IMG/VR virus record: IMGVR_UViG_3300027976_002493
Location: 1 to 53,803 of that record
Origin: a virus
Taxonomy: Duplodnaviria; Caudoviricetes
DNA: 53,803 nt
Strand: one strand, 5' to 3'
In this document: positions 9,544-18,892 of the stretch, in pieces
Position numbering within the stretch: position 1 is the first letter of the stretch
How the letters are laid out: each line of letters begins with the position of its first letter
Program-made: the position numbers and the translations under genes
Notes under the pieces: model-generated
Databases searched by the model: none
What the model was told of the DNA's origin: nothing
The model's input: only the letters and a program-made list of their open reading frames with translations

Positions 9544-10584
9544 ATGTCACAGAACTTAAGAGCAATGCTCGCAAATATTACGGAGCAAGAAAGCGCACCC
9601 GTAATAGAGAAGAAATTCCATTCACGGGTCCTTATTATAGATGCACTAAACCTATTCTTCCGGAACTTTGCAACAATAAACTTTTTAAATAAGGAAGGAG
9701 TTCCAATCGGAGGAATGGCAGGCTTTATAAGATCTCTAGGTTCATTAATCCAACTAATACAACCAACCGGGGTCTATGTGATATTCGACGGAGTAGGTTC
9801 ATCGACCAACAGAAAGAACCTCCTACCCGAGTATAAATCAAATAGAGGTATAACTAGGGTAACCAACTGGGATACTTATGATAATATAGAAGAGGAGGGA
9901 GAATCTAAAGTAGATCAAATAACACGTCTTATACATTACCTTCAATGCCTACCGGTGAAGACCGGAATGATAGATAAAGCCGAAGCAGATGATATGATTG
10001 CATACATGGCTCTAGAATTACCGAAAAGAGAAAACTCAGATGTAGTGATAGTATCCTCAGATAAAGATTACTTACAACTAGTAAACGATAAAGTAACTGT
10101 CTACAGGCCTATAGGTAAGAAGTTCTATAAACAGAAAGAAGTAGCAGCGGAATTCGGAATACATTCAGATAATTTCATAATATATAAAACACTATTAGGA
10201 GATAGGTCAGATGCAATAAACGGAATAAGAGGATTAGGTCCAAAGACACTGTTAAAGAGATTCCCAGAACTAGTGGACCATTCTATAACATTGGAAGATA
10301 TATTTGAAATATCCGAAGCTAAACTTACCCAACATAAGGTTTACGCACAGGTACTCCAAGCTGAGAATATGTTAAGGAATTCCTATAAGCTTATGGATTT
10401 AAAAAATCCGATACTAGATCAAAGACAAAAAGAGTACATAGAGACACTCCTTGCAGAAGATAACAACCCGTTTCATAAGAAAGAGTTCCTACAGCTTTAT
10501 AAAATAGACGGAATCGATCATTTTATTAGGGATATAGAAGGCTGGGTAACTGATACTTTTTTTAAGCTAGGTAATTTAAAATAA
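9544..10584 (+). CDS. 5'-3' exonuclease / flap endonuclease (T4 RNase H, PolI N-terminal-like)
   Basis: LIIDALN, IFDG, YKSNR, EADD, SSDKD, GDRSDAINGIRGLGPKT; start moved to ATG 9544 behind the promoter. Confidence 0.92.
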   Translation: MSQNLRAMLANITEQESAPVIEKKFHSRVLIIDALNLFFRNFATINFLNKEGVPIGGMAGFIRSLGSLIQLIQPTGVYVIFDGVGSSTNRKNLLPEYKSNRGITRVTNWDTYDNIEEEGESKVDQITRLIHYLQCLPVKTGMIDKAEADDMIAYMALELPKRENSDVVIVSSDKDYLQLVNDKVTVYRPIGKKFYKQKEVAAEFGIHSDNFIIYKTLLGDRSDAINGIRGLGPKTLLKRFPELVDHSITLEDIFEISEAKLTQHKVYAQVLQAENMLRNSYKLMDLKNPILDQRQKEYIETLLAEDNNPFHKKEFLQLYKIDGIDHFIRDIEGWVTDTFFKLGNLK

Positions 10585-10628
10585 GTTCGTATATTAAAGT
10601 TAAATAAAGGTAGAATATAAAAATAGTT

Positions 10629-12017
10629 TTGGCAGCATTAAAAGTCTTATCAGACTACGGTCCGGTATTCCAAGTAAAAGCGATTGGAGCGCTCCTCTCA
10701 AAGAAGGAATTCATACAGAATATAAACGACATATTATCGGACGAACACTTCCCGAACCCGGCACACAAGTGGGTAATAAATCAAATACTCAGCTACTGGC
10801 ATAAGTATCACACAGTAATCTCTATGGAGATCTTATCCATAGAAGTTAAGAAATTACAGAATGAAATATTACAAACATCCATTAGAGAACAGTTAAAAGA
10901 AGCATACAGGCACTCTGATGCTGAGTTAGCATACGTAGAAGAGGAGTTTACCACCTTTTGCAAAAACCAAAAACTAAAAGGAGCTCTTCTAGATTCAGTA
11001 GATCTACTAAACTCAGGAGAGTATGACAGCATTAGATTCCTAATAGATAATGCACTAAAGGCAGGTACTGATAAGAATATCGGACATGAATACAATAAAG
11101 ATATAGAAACCCGGTATAGGGAAGATTCAAGACCTACTATTCCAACCCCTTGGCCAGATATTAATAAAATCATGCAAGGAGGCTTCGGACCAGGAGATTT
11201 AGGTATAGTTTTCGGAAACCCGGGAGGAGGAAAAAGCTGGCTCATGGTAGCCATGGCAGCTCACGCAGTACGGCTGGGGTATAACGTAGTGTACTACACT
11301 CTAGAACTTGGAGAAGACTATGTAGGTAAAAGGATTGACTGCTACCTTACAGGAGTGGATATTGAACATATAGGAGAACATAGAAAAAAAATAGAGGAAA
11401 TGGTCGAAACACTCCCCGGAAACCTCATAATAAAAGAATACCCGCCTAAAATGGCATCAGTAGCCACTATAAGAGCACACCTGCAGAAATGTACCGACTC
11501 AGAAGTAAAACCAGACCTAGTGATTATAGATTATATAGATTACTTAAGAGGTAGTGTAAGTAATAAATTTGCAGAGAGGAAAGATGAAATAGACGATGTA
11601 TATGTAGCATGTAAGGGATTAGCTAAAGAACTTAAAATACCTATAATATCACCTTCACAAGTAAACAGGATGGGAGCTAAGGACGATATAATAGAAGGAG
11701 ATAAGGCTGCAGGATCTTACGATAAGATAATGGTTTCTGATTTCTGTATGTCGTTGTCAAGGAAGAAAGAAGATAAGTTAAACGGAACCGGTAGAATTCA
11801 TATCATGAAAAACAGGTACGGAATGGACGGAATGACATTTGGAGCAAAGATGGATACCTCTAATGGACATGTTGAACTTACTGAAGATATTCCAACCTAT
11901 GATGATTTCCTACCTACACCCGGTAATGGTAACGCTAGGACTTTCAATCTTATGGACAGCTTCGATAAAAAAGAACTATCCAAAAAATTTACACAGCTTT
12001 CCACGTTTTCTAAGTAG
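10629..12017 (+). CDS. DnaB/gp41-like replicative helicase
   Basis: GNPGGGKS Walker A, TLE, IIDYID, SQVNR, KNRYG; TTG start. Confidence 0.92.
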   Translation: MAALKVLSDYGPVFQVKAIGALLSKKEFIQNINDILSDEHFPNPAHKWVINQILSYWHKYHTVISMEILSIEVKKLQNEILQTSIREQLKEAYRHSDAELAYVEEEFTTFCKNQKLKGALLDSVDLLNSGEYDSIRFLIDNALKAGTDKNIGHEYNKDIETRYREDSRPTIPTPWPDINKIMQGGFGPGDLGIVFGNPGGGKSWLMVAMAAHAVRLGYNVVYYTLELGEDYVGKRIDCYLTGVDIEHIGEHRKKIEEMVETLPGNLIIKEYPPKMASVATIRAHLQKCTDSEVKPDLVIIDYIDYLRGSVSNKFAERKDEIDDVYVACKGLAKELKIPIISPSQVNRMGAKDDIIEGDKAAGSYDKIMVSDFCMSLSRKKEDKLNGTGRIHIMKNRYGMDGMTFGAKMDTSNGHVELTEDIPTYDDFLPTPGNGNARTFNLMDSFDKKELSKKFTQLSTFSK

Positions 12018-12083
12018 AAGGTCTAATTTTCTTTAAAGGTTACATAGGTATTATATACAAGTAAAAAAAAATAAAAAACATTA

Positions 12084-14309
12084 ATGAGAGGATCAAAATT
12101 ACTATCAAACATAAAGTTTTACACTGACTATTCTAAATGGGATGAAAAGCTAGAAAGAAAACAATCCTGGGAAGAGAGGGTAGAAGATGTTATGAGAATG
12201 CATCAGGAAAACCCTAAATTTAAAGAAGCATTCAAAAACCCTTGGTTTGCTGACATGTTTGAAAAAACTAAGGACTTATATAAAAGAAAAATGATATCGG
12301 GCTCGCAAAGAGCTTTCCAATTCAATGAATATCATATAGGAAGACATAATTCTAAGATATACAACTGCACTGTAACGTACTGTGATAGGCCTAGGATGTT
12401 CCAAGAAGCAATGTATCAACTGCTATGCGGGTGTGGGGTTGGAGTGTCATTCTTAAAAAAGTTTACCAACCAACTCCCTAATATTTCTTCTAGAGATAGG
12501 GGGACTAAAACATTTACAATAGCGGATGACATAGAGGGTTGGGCAAATGCTGTAGGTGTATTAATGTCTTCTTATTTTGAAGGGGAAGTCCCCTTCCCTG
12601 AATACCAAAGGTATATAATTAACTTTGATTATTCTCAAATTAGACCAGAAGGTGCTTACATCTCAGGCGGTTTTAAAGCCCCGGGACATACCGGATTAAA
12701 GAGGAGTCTTGAGAAAATAGAAAACTTACTAAACAAAACTTTAAGTAGGGGTCAATTTAAAATAACACCTATCATACCTTATGATATTATCATGCACTGT
12801 GCTGATGCTGTTCTAAGTGGCGGAGTTAGAAGAAGTGCTACTATAGCCTTGTTTGATTTTGATGATGAGGAAATGATGAATGCTAAAGTAGGTAACTGGT
12901 TTAGTGAAAACCCACAGAGAGCAAGGAGTAACAACTCAGCTCTATTAATTAGAAGTCAAATTACTAAAGAACAATTTGATAATTTAATGGAAAGAACTAA
13001 GCAATTCGGTGAGCCGGGTTTTATCTTTTCTGAGAGTGAGGACTTTCTCTACAACCCCTGCGTTGAGATAGGTATGTTAGCTAAACTTAAAAGGCTAGAA
13101 GAGGAAATATCAGGGTGGCAGAGTTGTAATTTATCAGGTGTGATTGGGAAGTATTCTACTTCATTGGAGATATTTGTGGAACAGGCTGAGTGTGCTTCTT
13201 TTATAGGAACACTGCAAGCCTCTTATACTAATTTACGCTACTTGGGAGAAGTATCGGAAGAAATTCATAAAAAAGAGGCCTTAATTGGTGTTTCCATTAC
13301 AGGGTTTATGAATTCTCCTAAAGTACTACTAAACCCCGATTACCTTAGAACTGCTGCTTTAGCAGTTAAAGATGTTAACAGAAAAACAGCATTTATTATA
13401 GGAATAAATGTTGCAGCTAGAACTACTTGTGTAAAGCCATCGGGAAATGAAAGTACAATGTATGAAACTGCTTCCGGTATACATGGAGAACATTCTGAAG
13501 ATTATTTTAGAATAGTTCAATTGAATAAGGAAGATGATATTGCTAAAATGATAGCATCTAAAGTTCCTGATATGATAGAAGAAAGTGTTTGGAGTGCAAA
13601 TAAAACTGATTATGCTATCTTTGTCCCTATTAAAACTAAAAAAGGTTCAATATACAAAAAAGACCTATTAGGTGTAAAACAGCTAGAAATAGTAAAATTA
13701 GTACAGGAGAACTGGGTGGAGGTAGGTACAAATATTGAATTATGTTCCCACCCAAAGTTAAGACATAATGTTTCAAATACTATATCAGTGGATAACTGGG
13801 AACAAGTGGGTGATTTTATTTTTAATAATAAAGAAGTATTCGCAGGTATCTCATTATTATCTCATACGGGGGATAAAGTTTATAATCAAGCTCCATTTAC
13901 AGAGGTAATAGATTCAACAAAAATAGTTGAGAAGTATGGAGATGCCTCCATGTTTGTATCGGGGTTAATAGTTGATGGTTTAGAATTATTTAATAATAAC
14001 CTATGGCAAGCATGTGATTTTATATCCCAAGAAGATAGAAAATTAGAAGGTACCAACCAACAGATATTACTAAAACAAACCTGGATTAGTAGAGCAAAGA
14101 AATTTGCTAAACGTTACTTCAAAGACATTGAGGATTTGATATTCTGTATGAAGGATGTACACCTTTACCATAAATGGGTAAATATTGAACGTGTTCAAAG
14201 AAACCTAGATATTGAACCCTTATTATCTCAAACTAAACCCGAATACACTGCAATTGATACTCTAGGTGCTCAATCTTGTTATGGAGGAGCTTGTGAGATA
14301 GAATTTTAA
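12084..14309 (+). CDS. nrdJ: Class II (adenosylcobalamin-dependent) ribonucleotide reductase, monomeric RTPR-type
   Basis: YNC, GCGVG, GGVRRSA, RARSNNS, NPCVEI (thiyl Cys), CNL, VKPSG, C-terminal CYGGAC; no beta-subunit gene adjacent. Confidence 0.85.
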   Translation: MRGSKLLSNIKFYTDYSKWDEKLERKQSWEERVEDVMRMHQENPKFKEAFKNPWFADMFEKTKDLYKRKMISGSQRAFQFNEYHIGRHNSKIYNCTVTYCDRPRMFQEAMYQLLCGCGVGVSFLKKFTNQLPNISSRDRGTKTFTIADDIEGWANAVGVLMSSYFEGEVPFPEYQRYIINFDYSQIRPEGAYISGGFKAPGHTGLKRSLEKIENLLNKTLSRGQFKITPIIPYDIIMHCADAVLSGGVRRSATIALFDFDDEEMMNAKVGNWFSENPQRARSNNSALLIRSQITKEQFDNLMERTKQFGEPGFIFSESEDFLYNPCVEIGMLAKLKRLEEEISGWQSCNLSGVIGKYSTSLEIFVEQAECASFIGTLQASYTNLRYLGEVSEEIHKKEALIGVSITGFMNSPKVLLNPDYLRTAALAVKDVNRKTAFIIGINVAARTTCVKPSGNESTMYETASGIHGEHSEDYFRIVQLNKEDDIAKMIASKVPDMIEESVWSANKTDYAIFVPIKTKKGSIYKKDLLGVKQLEIVKLVQENWVEVGTNIELCSHPKLRHNVSNTISVDNWEQVGDFIFNNKEVFAGISLLSHTGDKVYNQAPFTEVIDSTKIVEKYGDASMFVSGLIVDGLELFNNNLWQACDFISQEDRKLEGTNQQILLKQTWISRAKKFAKRYFKDIEDLIFCMKDVHLYHKWVNIERVQRNLDIEPLLSQTKPEYTAIDTLGAQSCYGGACEIEF

Positions 14310-14380
14310 ATGTTGAGCGAAAATCCCCCACCCCTCTAGGTAGTGTTAATTCACAATACCTTTTAAAATATAGAAATAAG

Positions 14381-14401
14381 CAGGGGTATTACCTACCCCT
14401 G
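14381..14401 (+). terminator. Perfect 8-bp hairpin downstream of RNR
   Basis: caggggta-ttacc-tacccctg; only a weak T tract. Confidence 0.5.
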
Positions 14402-14472
14402 TCTCTATGTATAACAAAATAAACGTTGCCTAGAACAGTTACACTATGTTAGAATATATAAGAAAAATAATT

Positions 14473-14715
14473 ATGGGAACACTTAACTGGATAAAAGGAA
14501 CACTTAGGGATGAGAAGGGAAATCCATCATCTAAAAGAATCATGGGACTTGTTGCTGGTTTTTCTTTGTGTATTACAATGATAGCAAACAGTTTCACAGA
14601 TATTTCAGTTGCACCATCAACGCCATTAGTTAACGCAGTTGCTGCTTTAGCATTTGGAGCATTAGGTTTAACATCTATTGATAAAATATGGAGTAACAAG
14701 AAAGATCAAGAATAA
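14473..14715 (+). CDS. Small two-TM membrane protein (holin-like)
   Basis: PSSKR followed by two hydrophobic segments; located in the lysis region. Confidence 0.6.
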   Translation: MGTLNWIKGTLRDEKGNPSSKRIMGLVAGFSLCITMIANSFTDISVAPSTPLVNAVAALAFGALGLTSIDKIWSNKKDQE

Positions 14716-14736
14716 TCTTAAATATTACAATTAACT

Positions 14737-14763
14737 AAAAAAGATCATAAGGTCCTTTTTCTT
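14737..14763 (+). terminator. Probable intrinsic terminator
   Basis: aaaaaagatc-ataa-ggtcctttttctt. Confidence 0.45.
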
Positions 14764-14811
14764 GTTTAGAGATATAAGATATATAATATAATACAATACA
14801 ATAAGTCAATT

Positions 14812-15618
14812 ATGGAAAATCAAGGAGAAACTAGTAATACAGGAGCATCTGCTGATGCAAATATAGGAACTGAGGTAACCGATTCATCGGCAAGTGCTGG
14901 AATTGACGTAAGTGCAGAAGCAAACGCTAATATAGAAAACGAAGAAACTATTGGTGATGCAACATTAACACAAGAAGCACACGCAGAAGTTGAAGCACAT
15001 GCAGAAGCAGAATCATCTGCAGGATTTGATGGTAAAAATGCAACTGTTGATGCTCACGCAGAAGTTGGAGTATCGGCAGAAGTTGGAGCATCTAATACAG
15101 TAGAATCTGGTAATGTAACTAACACAACTGAAGCTCATGTTGGAGCAGACGCTGATGCATATGTTGGAGCAAGTGGGCAAGTTGGAGAAGACGGAGCAGA
15201 AGGACATGCGGGAGCAATGGCTGGAGCATCTGTTAATGCTGGAGTTTCAAATGGTACTTATGATGAAGATGGAAACGGTGCTGAAGTTGGTGCTGAAGTT
15301 TCAGCTGGAGCACAAGTTGGTGGTGAAGTTGGAGGCGGAGCTACAATGGATGACGGTGTTGCAACAATCGGTGTTGATGGTAAAGTAGCACTTATAGTAG
15401 GAGTTGATGTAGATCTTTCAGTGAGTGTAGATACTAAACCTACACAAGAAGAAATAAATAAGAAAGCAATAGAAGTAGCTGATGCTTTATCAGCTTCACA
15501 AGAAGCAGCGAGAGTTGCAAAGGCGACTCAAGATGCTGCAAATGCTGCACAATCAAAATTAGATGACGTGGCACATAAAGCAGAGAAAAGTAAAGCGAAT
15601 CCTAAAAACTGGTTTTAA
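14812..15618 (+). CDS. Acidic Ala/Gly/Val/Glu-rich repetitive protein of unknown function
   Basis: Repeating AEVG/GASA alternating pattern, helical C-terminal tail. Confidence 0.7.
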   Translation: MENQGETSNTGASADANIGTEVTDSSASAGIDVSAEANANIENEETIGDATLTQEAHAEVEAHAEAESSAGFDGKNATVDAHAEVGVSAEVGASNTVESGNVTNTTEAHVGADADAYVGASGQVGEDGAEGHAGAMAGASVNAGVSNGTYDEDGNGAEVGAEVSAGAQVGGEVGGGATMDDGVATIGVDGKVALIVGVDVDLSVSVDTKPTQEEINKKAIEVADALSASQEAARVAKATQDAANAAQSKLDDVAHKAEKSKANPKNWF

Positions 15619-15621
15619 ATT

Positions 15622-15915
15622 ATGGAAAAAGGAAAGAATTCTCATTTCTCACAGATAGTAAAAAGAATGCTTATTGGTAGAATTGTCATTACATCAGTTG
15701 TAATATTCTCTTTTATGGGTGTTATATTTGGAATTGGACATGCAATGCATACAGATACTGAAATATCGGGCGAATGGAAAGAGATCCTATTATTAATGTT
15801 AGGTGCTCTGATTGGATCGTTTGGTAAAGTAATTGATCACTGGTTTAAAGATAGTGATAAAGACAGACAATTAATAGACAAGATATCTGAGTTAGATAAA
15901 AATAACCCAGAATAA
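15622..15915 (+). CDS. Two-TM membrane protein (holin candidate)
   Basis: Two hydrophobic helices, charged C-terminus, directly upstream of the endolysin. Confidence 0.55.
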   Translation: MEKGKNSHFSQIVKRMLIGRIVITSVVIFSFMGVIFGIGHAMHTDTEISGEWKEILLLMLGALIGSFGKVIDHWFKDSDKDRQLIDKISELDKNNPE

Positions 15916-15932
15916 AAATAAATAAATTAATC

Positions 15933-16814
15933 ATGATTTTAAAAATTAATTCAAAAGGGAATGAAGTTAAAGAATTACAAGAGTTCTTGGGTGTGGGTGC
16001 AGATGGCACCTTTGGCAAAGGGACAGAAAATGCTGTTAAAACATGGCAGTCCAAAAATGGTCTTGTTGCTGATGGTATTGTGGGCCCTGCCACTTGGAAT
16101 GCTATGGGTTTGGCTACTACTGATGCTTCTGAAAAAACGTACACAACTAAAAATGGTCTAATTATAAATAGACATTTCTTACCGGTCGGCGAATATAAAC
16201 AAGGACCAATTAAAGCAGAATGGATATTTTTACACCACACTGCGGGTTGGCAAAACCCATATACTACAATAGATCAATGGGGTAAAGATGATCGTGGTGC
16301 TATTGCTACTGAATTTGTTTTAGGTGGAACCAAAGTAACTGATGGTAGTAATGACTATGATGGTGTTATGGTTCAAGCATTTCCTAAAGGAAATTGGGGT
16401 TATCATTTAGGTAAAAACGGTTCTGATAAAATGCATAAAAATTCAGTTGGAATTGAGGTTTGTAATTTCGGTTATATTAAAGATGGAAAAACGTATGCTG
16501 GATCTATAGCAAATCAATCAGAAATAGTTACATTAGCAAAACCATTTAAAGGATTCAAAACATGGCACAGATATTCTAACGCACAAATATCATCTCTTTG
16601 TAAATGGATCAAATTCATAGGAGAAAGAGATGGAATCGATATTAGAGCAGGTTTACCAGCTTTAGTTAAGAAGATAGGTGCAGATGCTTTCGAATTTAAC
16701 GAAGATGCATATTATGGAAAGGTAAAGGGTATATGGACACATACAAATACCCGTAAAGACAAGTTTGATATGTTCCCACAGCCGGAACTGATGGACATGC
16801 TTGTAAGTTTATAG
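15933..16814 (+). CDS. Endolysin: peptidoglycan-binding domain plus N-acetylmuramoyl-L-alanine amidase
   Basis: ADGTFG..T..AV..WQ...GL.ADGIVGPATW (PG_binding_1); IFLHHTAG, SVGIE, H....KDK.D (Amidase_2). Confidence 0.9.
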   Translation: MILKINSKGNEVKELQEFLGVGADGTFGKGTENAVKTWQSKNGLVADGIVGPATWNAMGLATTDASEKTYTTKNGLIINRHFLPVGEYKQGPIKAEWIFLHHTAGWQNPYTTIDQWGKDDRGAIATEFVLGGTKVTDGSNDYDGVMVQAFPKGNWGYHLGKNGSDKMHKNSVGIEVCNFGYIKDGKTYAGSIANQSEIVTLAKPFKGFKTWHRYSNAQISSLCKWIKFIGERDGIDIRAGLPALVKKIGADAFEFNEDAYYGKVKGIWTHTNTRKDKFDMFPQPELMDMLVSL

Positions 16815-16851
16815 CGGAAGAAATAAGGAAAAATACAATAACTAATAAAAC

Positions 16852-17457
16852 ATGGATAGTATAGTAATGATTACCACCATTGCAGTCGCCTTAATAACAG
16901 CAGTGTTAGGTCCTGTAGTAGTTGCCTGGGCTAAGAGTAAGATGGAACCTGTTAAAAAAGGAAGCCCACTAGGCGAAGCCATCGCACTAAATACAGTAGT
17001 AGATGAACAGTTAGCAGCTATAAGAGAGGAATTAGGAGCAGATAGGGTGTGGGTATCACAGTTTCACAACGGAGGACACTTCTACCCTACCAGTAAGTCA
17101 ATTCAAAAATTCTCCATCTTCTACGAACAAACCTCAATCGGTACCGCAGCCAGCCAAATGGTGTTCCAGAATATACCATGCTCTCTTTTTCCAAGATCAA
17201 TGTCAGAGATAATGAAAGAAGGTGAGATATCAGTACCGAGTCTAAGTAGTGAAAATTACGGACTTGGGCAGTTTGCTGAGCAGTACGGTACTAAGTCATT
17301 CTACATGGTAGCACTAAAAGATCTACAGGGACGTTTTATTGGAACACTATCAGTAGCTTATAACACAGAGTATAAATTTACTAAAGATGATTGGATTTAT
17401 ATAAGACAGAAAGCAGGTGTAGTTGGAACATTACTTGATGAATACTTAAATATTTAA
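16852..17457 (+). CDS. Single-TM protein with GAF-like domain (T4 gpT-type holin candidate)
   Basis: N-terminal TM helix; LGADRVWV.QFHNG and SFYMVALKD..GRFIGTLSV GAF pattern; next to the endolysin. Confidence 0.6.
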   Translation: MDSIVMITTIAVALITAVLGPVVVAWAKSKMEPVKKGSPLGEAIALNTVVDEQLAAIREELGADRVWVSQFHNGGHFYPTSKSIQKFSIFYEQTSIGTAASQMVFQNIPCSLFPRSMSEIMKEGEISVPSLSSENYGLGQFAEQYGTKSFYMVALKDLQGRFIGTLSVAYNTEYKFTKDDWIYIRQKAGVVGTLLDEYLNI

Positions 17458-17464
17458 AAATAAC

Positions 17465-17493
17465 TTGTATAGTTACATACTTGTTCGTATACT
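17465..17493 (+). promoter_or_regulatory. TTG-N20-TATACT promoter
   Basis: TTG 17465, ttcgTATACT 17488. Confidence 0.65.
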
Positions 17494-17519
17494 TAATAAT
17501 AATAATAAAGTAAATAAAC

Positions 17520-17723
17520 ATGAAAAAAGTATTAAATTTTATCAAAACAGGTTTTACAACTGTTAAGAGTTGGATCGTATCAAACGAAATTAAAGGAGTA
17601 TTAGTTTTATTAGCCGGAATCATACTATGGACCACAGGGTACCCTATCTATGCTGGCTTTGCATTCGGTGTATTCGCATCAAAGAACTGGGAGCTCCTTA
17701 AATCCAAACTTACAAAAAGATAA
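17520..17723 (+). CDS. Small membrane protein
   Basis: 67 aa, hydrophobic hairpin. Confidence 0.6.
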   Translation: MKKVLNFIKTGFTTVKSWIVSNEIKGVLVLLAGIILWTTGYPIYAGFAFGVFASKNWELLKSKLTKR

Positions 17724-17744
17724 CAAATACTTCAAATACTTCAA

Positions 17745-18839
17745 ATGTTACAGAAGATACAGGAAAGATTACTCCCATTTATAATAGCACTTTCAGCACT
17801 GTCTGTATCAGCTTCGGCCGCTTTCTACTCAGTCAGCGGTCTTAGTAAGTTATTTGCTGGAGCAGCATTTGCAGTTATAATAATGGCAACCTCCTTAGAA
17901 GTGGCTAAACTAGTTATTGCCACACTACTATATCAGTACCGAAAAACTATACCTCTAATACTAAAGACATACCTTTCGATAGCTTGTTTTATACTAATAC
18001 TAATTACAAGTATGGGTATTTATGGTTTCTTAGCAGGAGCATACCAGACAACAGCAACAAAATCAAAGATTGTAGATTCGCAGATTGCCTTAATTGAAAC
18101 TAGGAGAGACAATACTAAAGAACAATTAAACGTCTACACCGAAGAAAAAGAGAGTGTTAACAAGGCGGTAGCCGATTTAAGGTACGGGTTAGCGAATAAC
18201 ATCATACAGTATACAGATTCAAAAGGTCAATTAATAACAACTACCTCATCTTCAACTCGCAAAGCATTAGAAAAACAATTAGATCAATCAATTGACAGAC
18301 AAACTACTATTAACAGTAGGGTAGATGATTTAAACACCAAACTATTTGATTATGAAACTGAAATTGTAGAGGTATCAACTAATAGCGGTATAGCTGAAGA
18401 ATTAGGACCGTTAAAGTACCTATCAGGGCTTACTGGCATACCGATGGATAAGGTCATCAATTACCTTTTACTCACTATCGTTCTCGTATTTGATCCCCTT
18501 GCAATAGCTTTGGTACTAGCAGCTAACTTTGCTTTTGGTAAAATACGACCTAAGAAAGAATACCCCTTAGAGGAGCAATTAGAAGATATGCGAAACTTAG
18601 TTGAATCCTACGATAGCTTACAAGACTCGATAGAAGAGTTTAAGCAAGAAGAAGAAATAACAGAAGACGTGGAGGAGCCAGAAGAAGAAGAAATAACAGA
18701 AGACGTGGAGGAACCAGAAGAAGAAACGGTAACAGAGATATCAGCAGGTGTACCTTTGTTAGGTTATAAAGACATTTCGCAGCTATCTAGTTACCGGAAG
18801 CGGCAATTAGAAGAAGGTACTGGTAAGAGGTACTGGTAG
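17745..18839 (+). CDS. Multi-TM coiled-coil membrane protein
   Basis: Three N-terminal TMs, long coiled coil, ELGPLKY, TM with VFDPLA, acidic tail. Confidence 0.75.
   Translation: MLQKIQERLLPFIIALSALSVSASAAFYSVSGLSKLFAGAAFAVIIMATSLEVAKLVIATLLYQYRKTIPLILKTYLSIACFILILITSMGIYGFLAGAYQTTATKSKIVDSQIALIETRRDNTKEQLNVYTEEKESVNKAVADLRYGLANNIIQYTDSKGQLITTTSSSTRKALEKQLDQSIDRQTTINSRVDDLNTKLFDYETEIVEVSTNSGIAEELGPLKYLSGLTGIPMDKVINYLLLTIVLVFDPLAIALVLAANFAFGKIRPKKEYPLEEQLEDMRNLVESYDSLQDSIEEFKQEEEITEDVEEPEEEEITEDVEEPEEETVTEISAGVPLLGYKDISQLSSYRKRQLEEGTGKRYW
18648..18719 (+). repeat. 36-nt tandem duplication (EEEITEDVEEPE x2)
   Basis: Two copies differing at one synonymous base. Confidence 0.9.
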
Positions 18840-18844
18840 AGAAG

Positions 18845-18873
18845 TTGGAAAATATAAGAAAAGTTAGTATATT
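18845..18873 (+). promoter_or_regulatory. TTG-N20-TATATT promoter of queF
   Basis: TTG 18845, TATATT 18868. Confidence 0.7.
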
Positions 18874-18892
18874 AAAGTAATATAAAAAAATT

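Noticed and set aside
11839-16161. Alternative-frame + ORFs 11839..12036, 15137..15388 and 15961..16161
   Set aside because: Nested in the helicase, repeat protein and endolysin genes; explained by the codon bias of the host gene.
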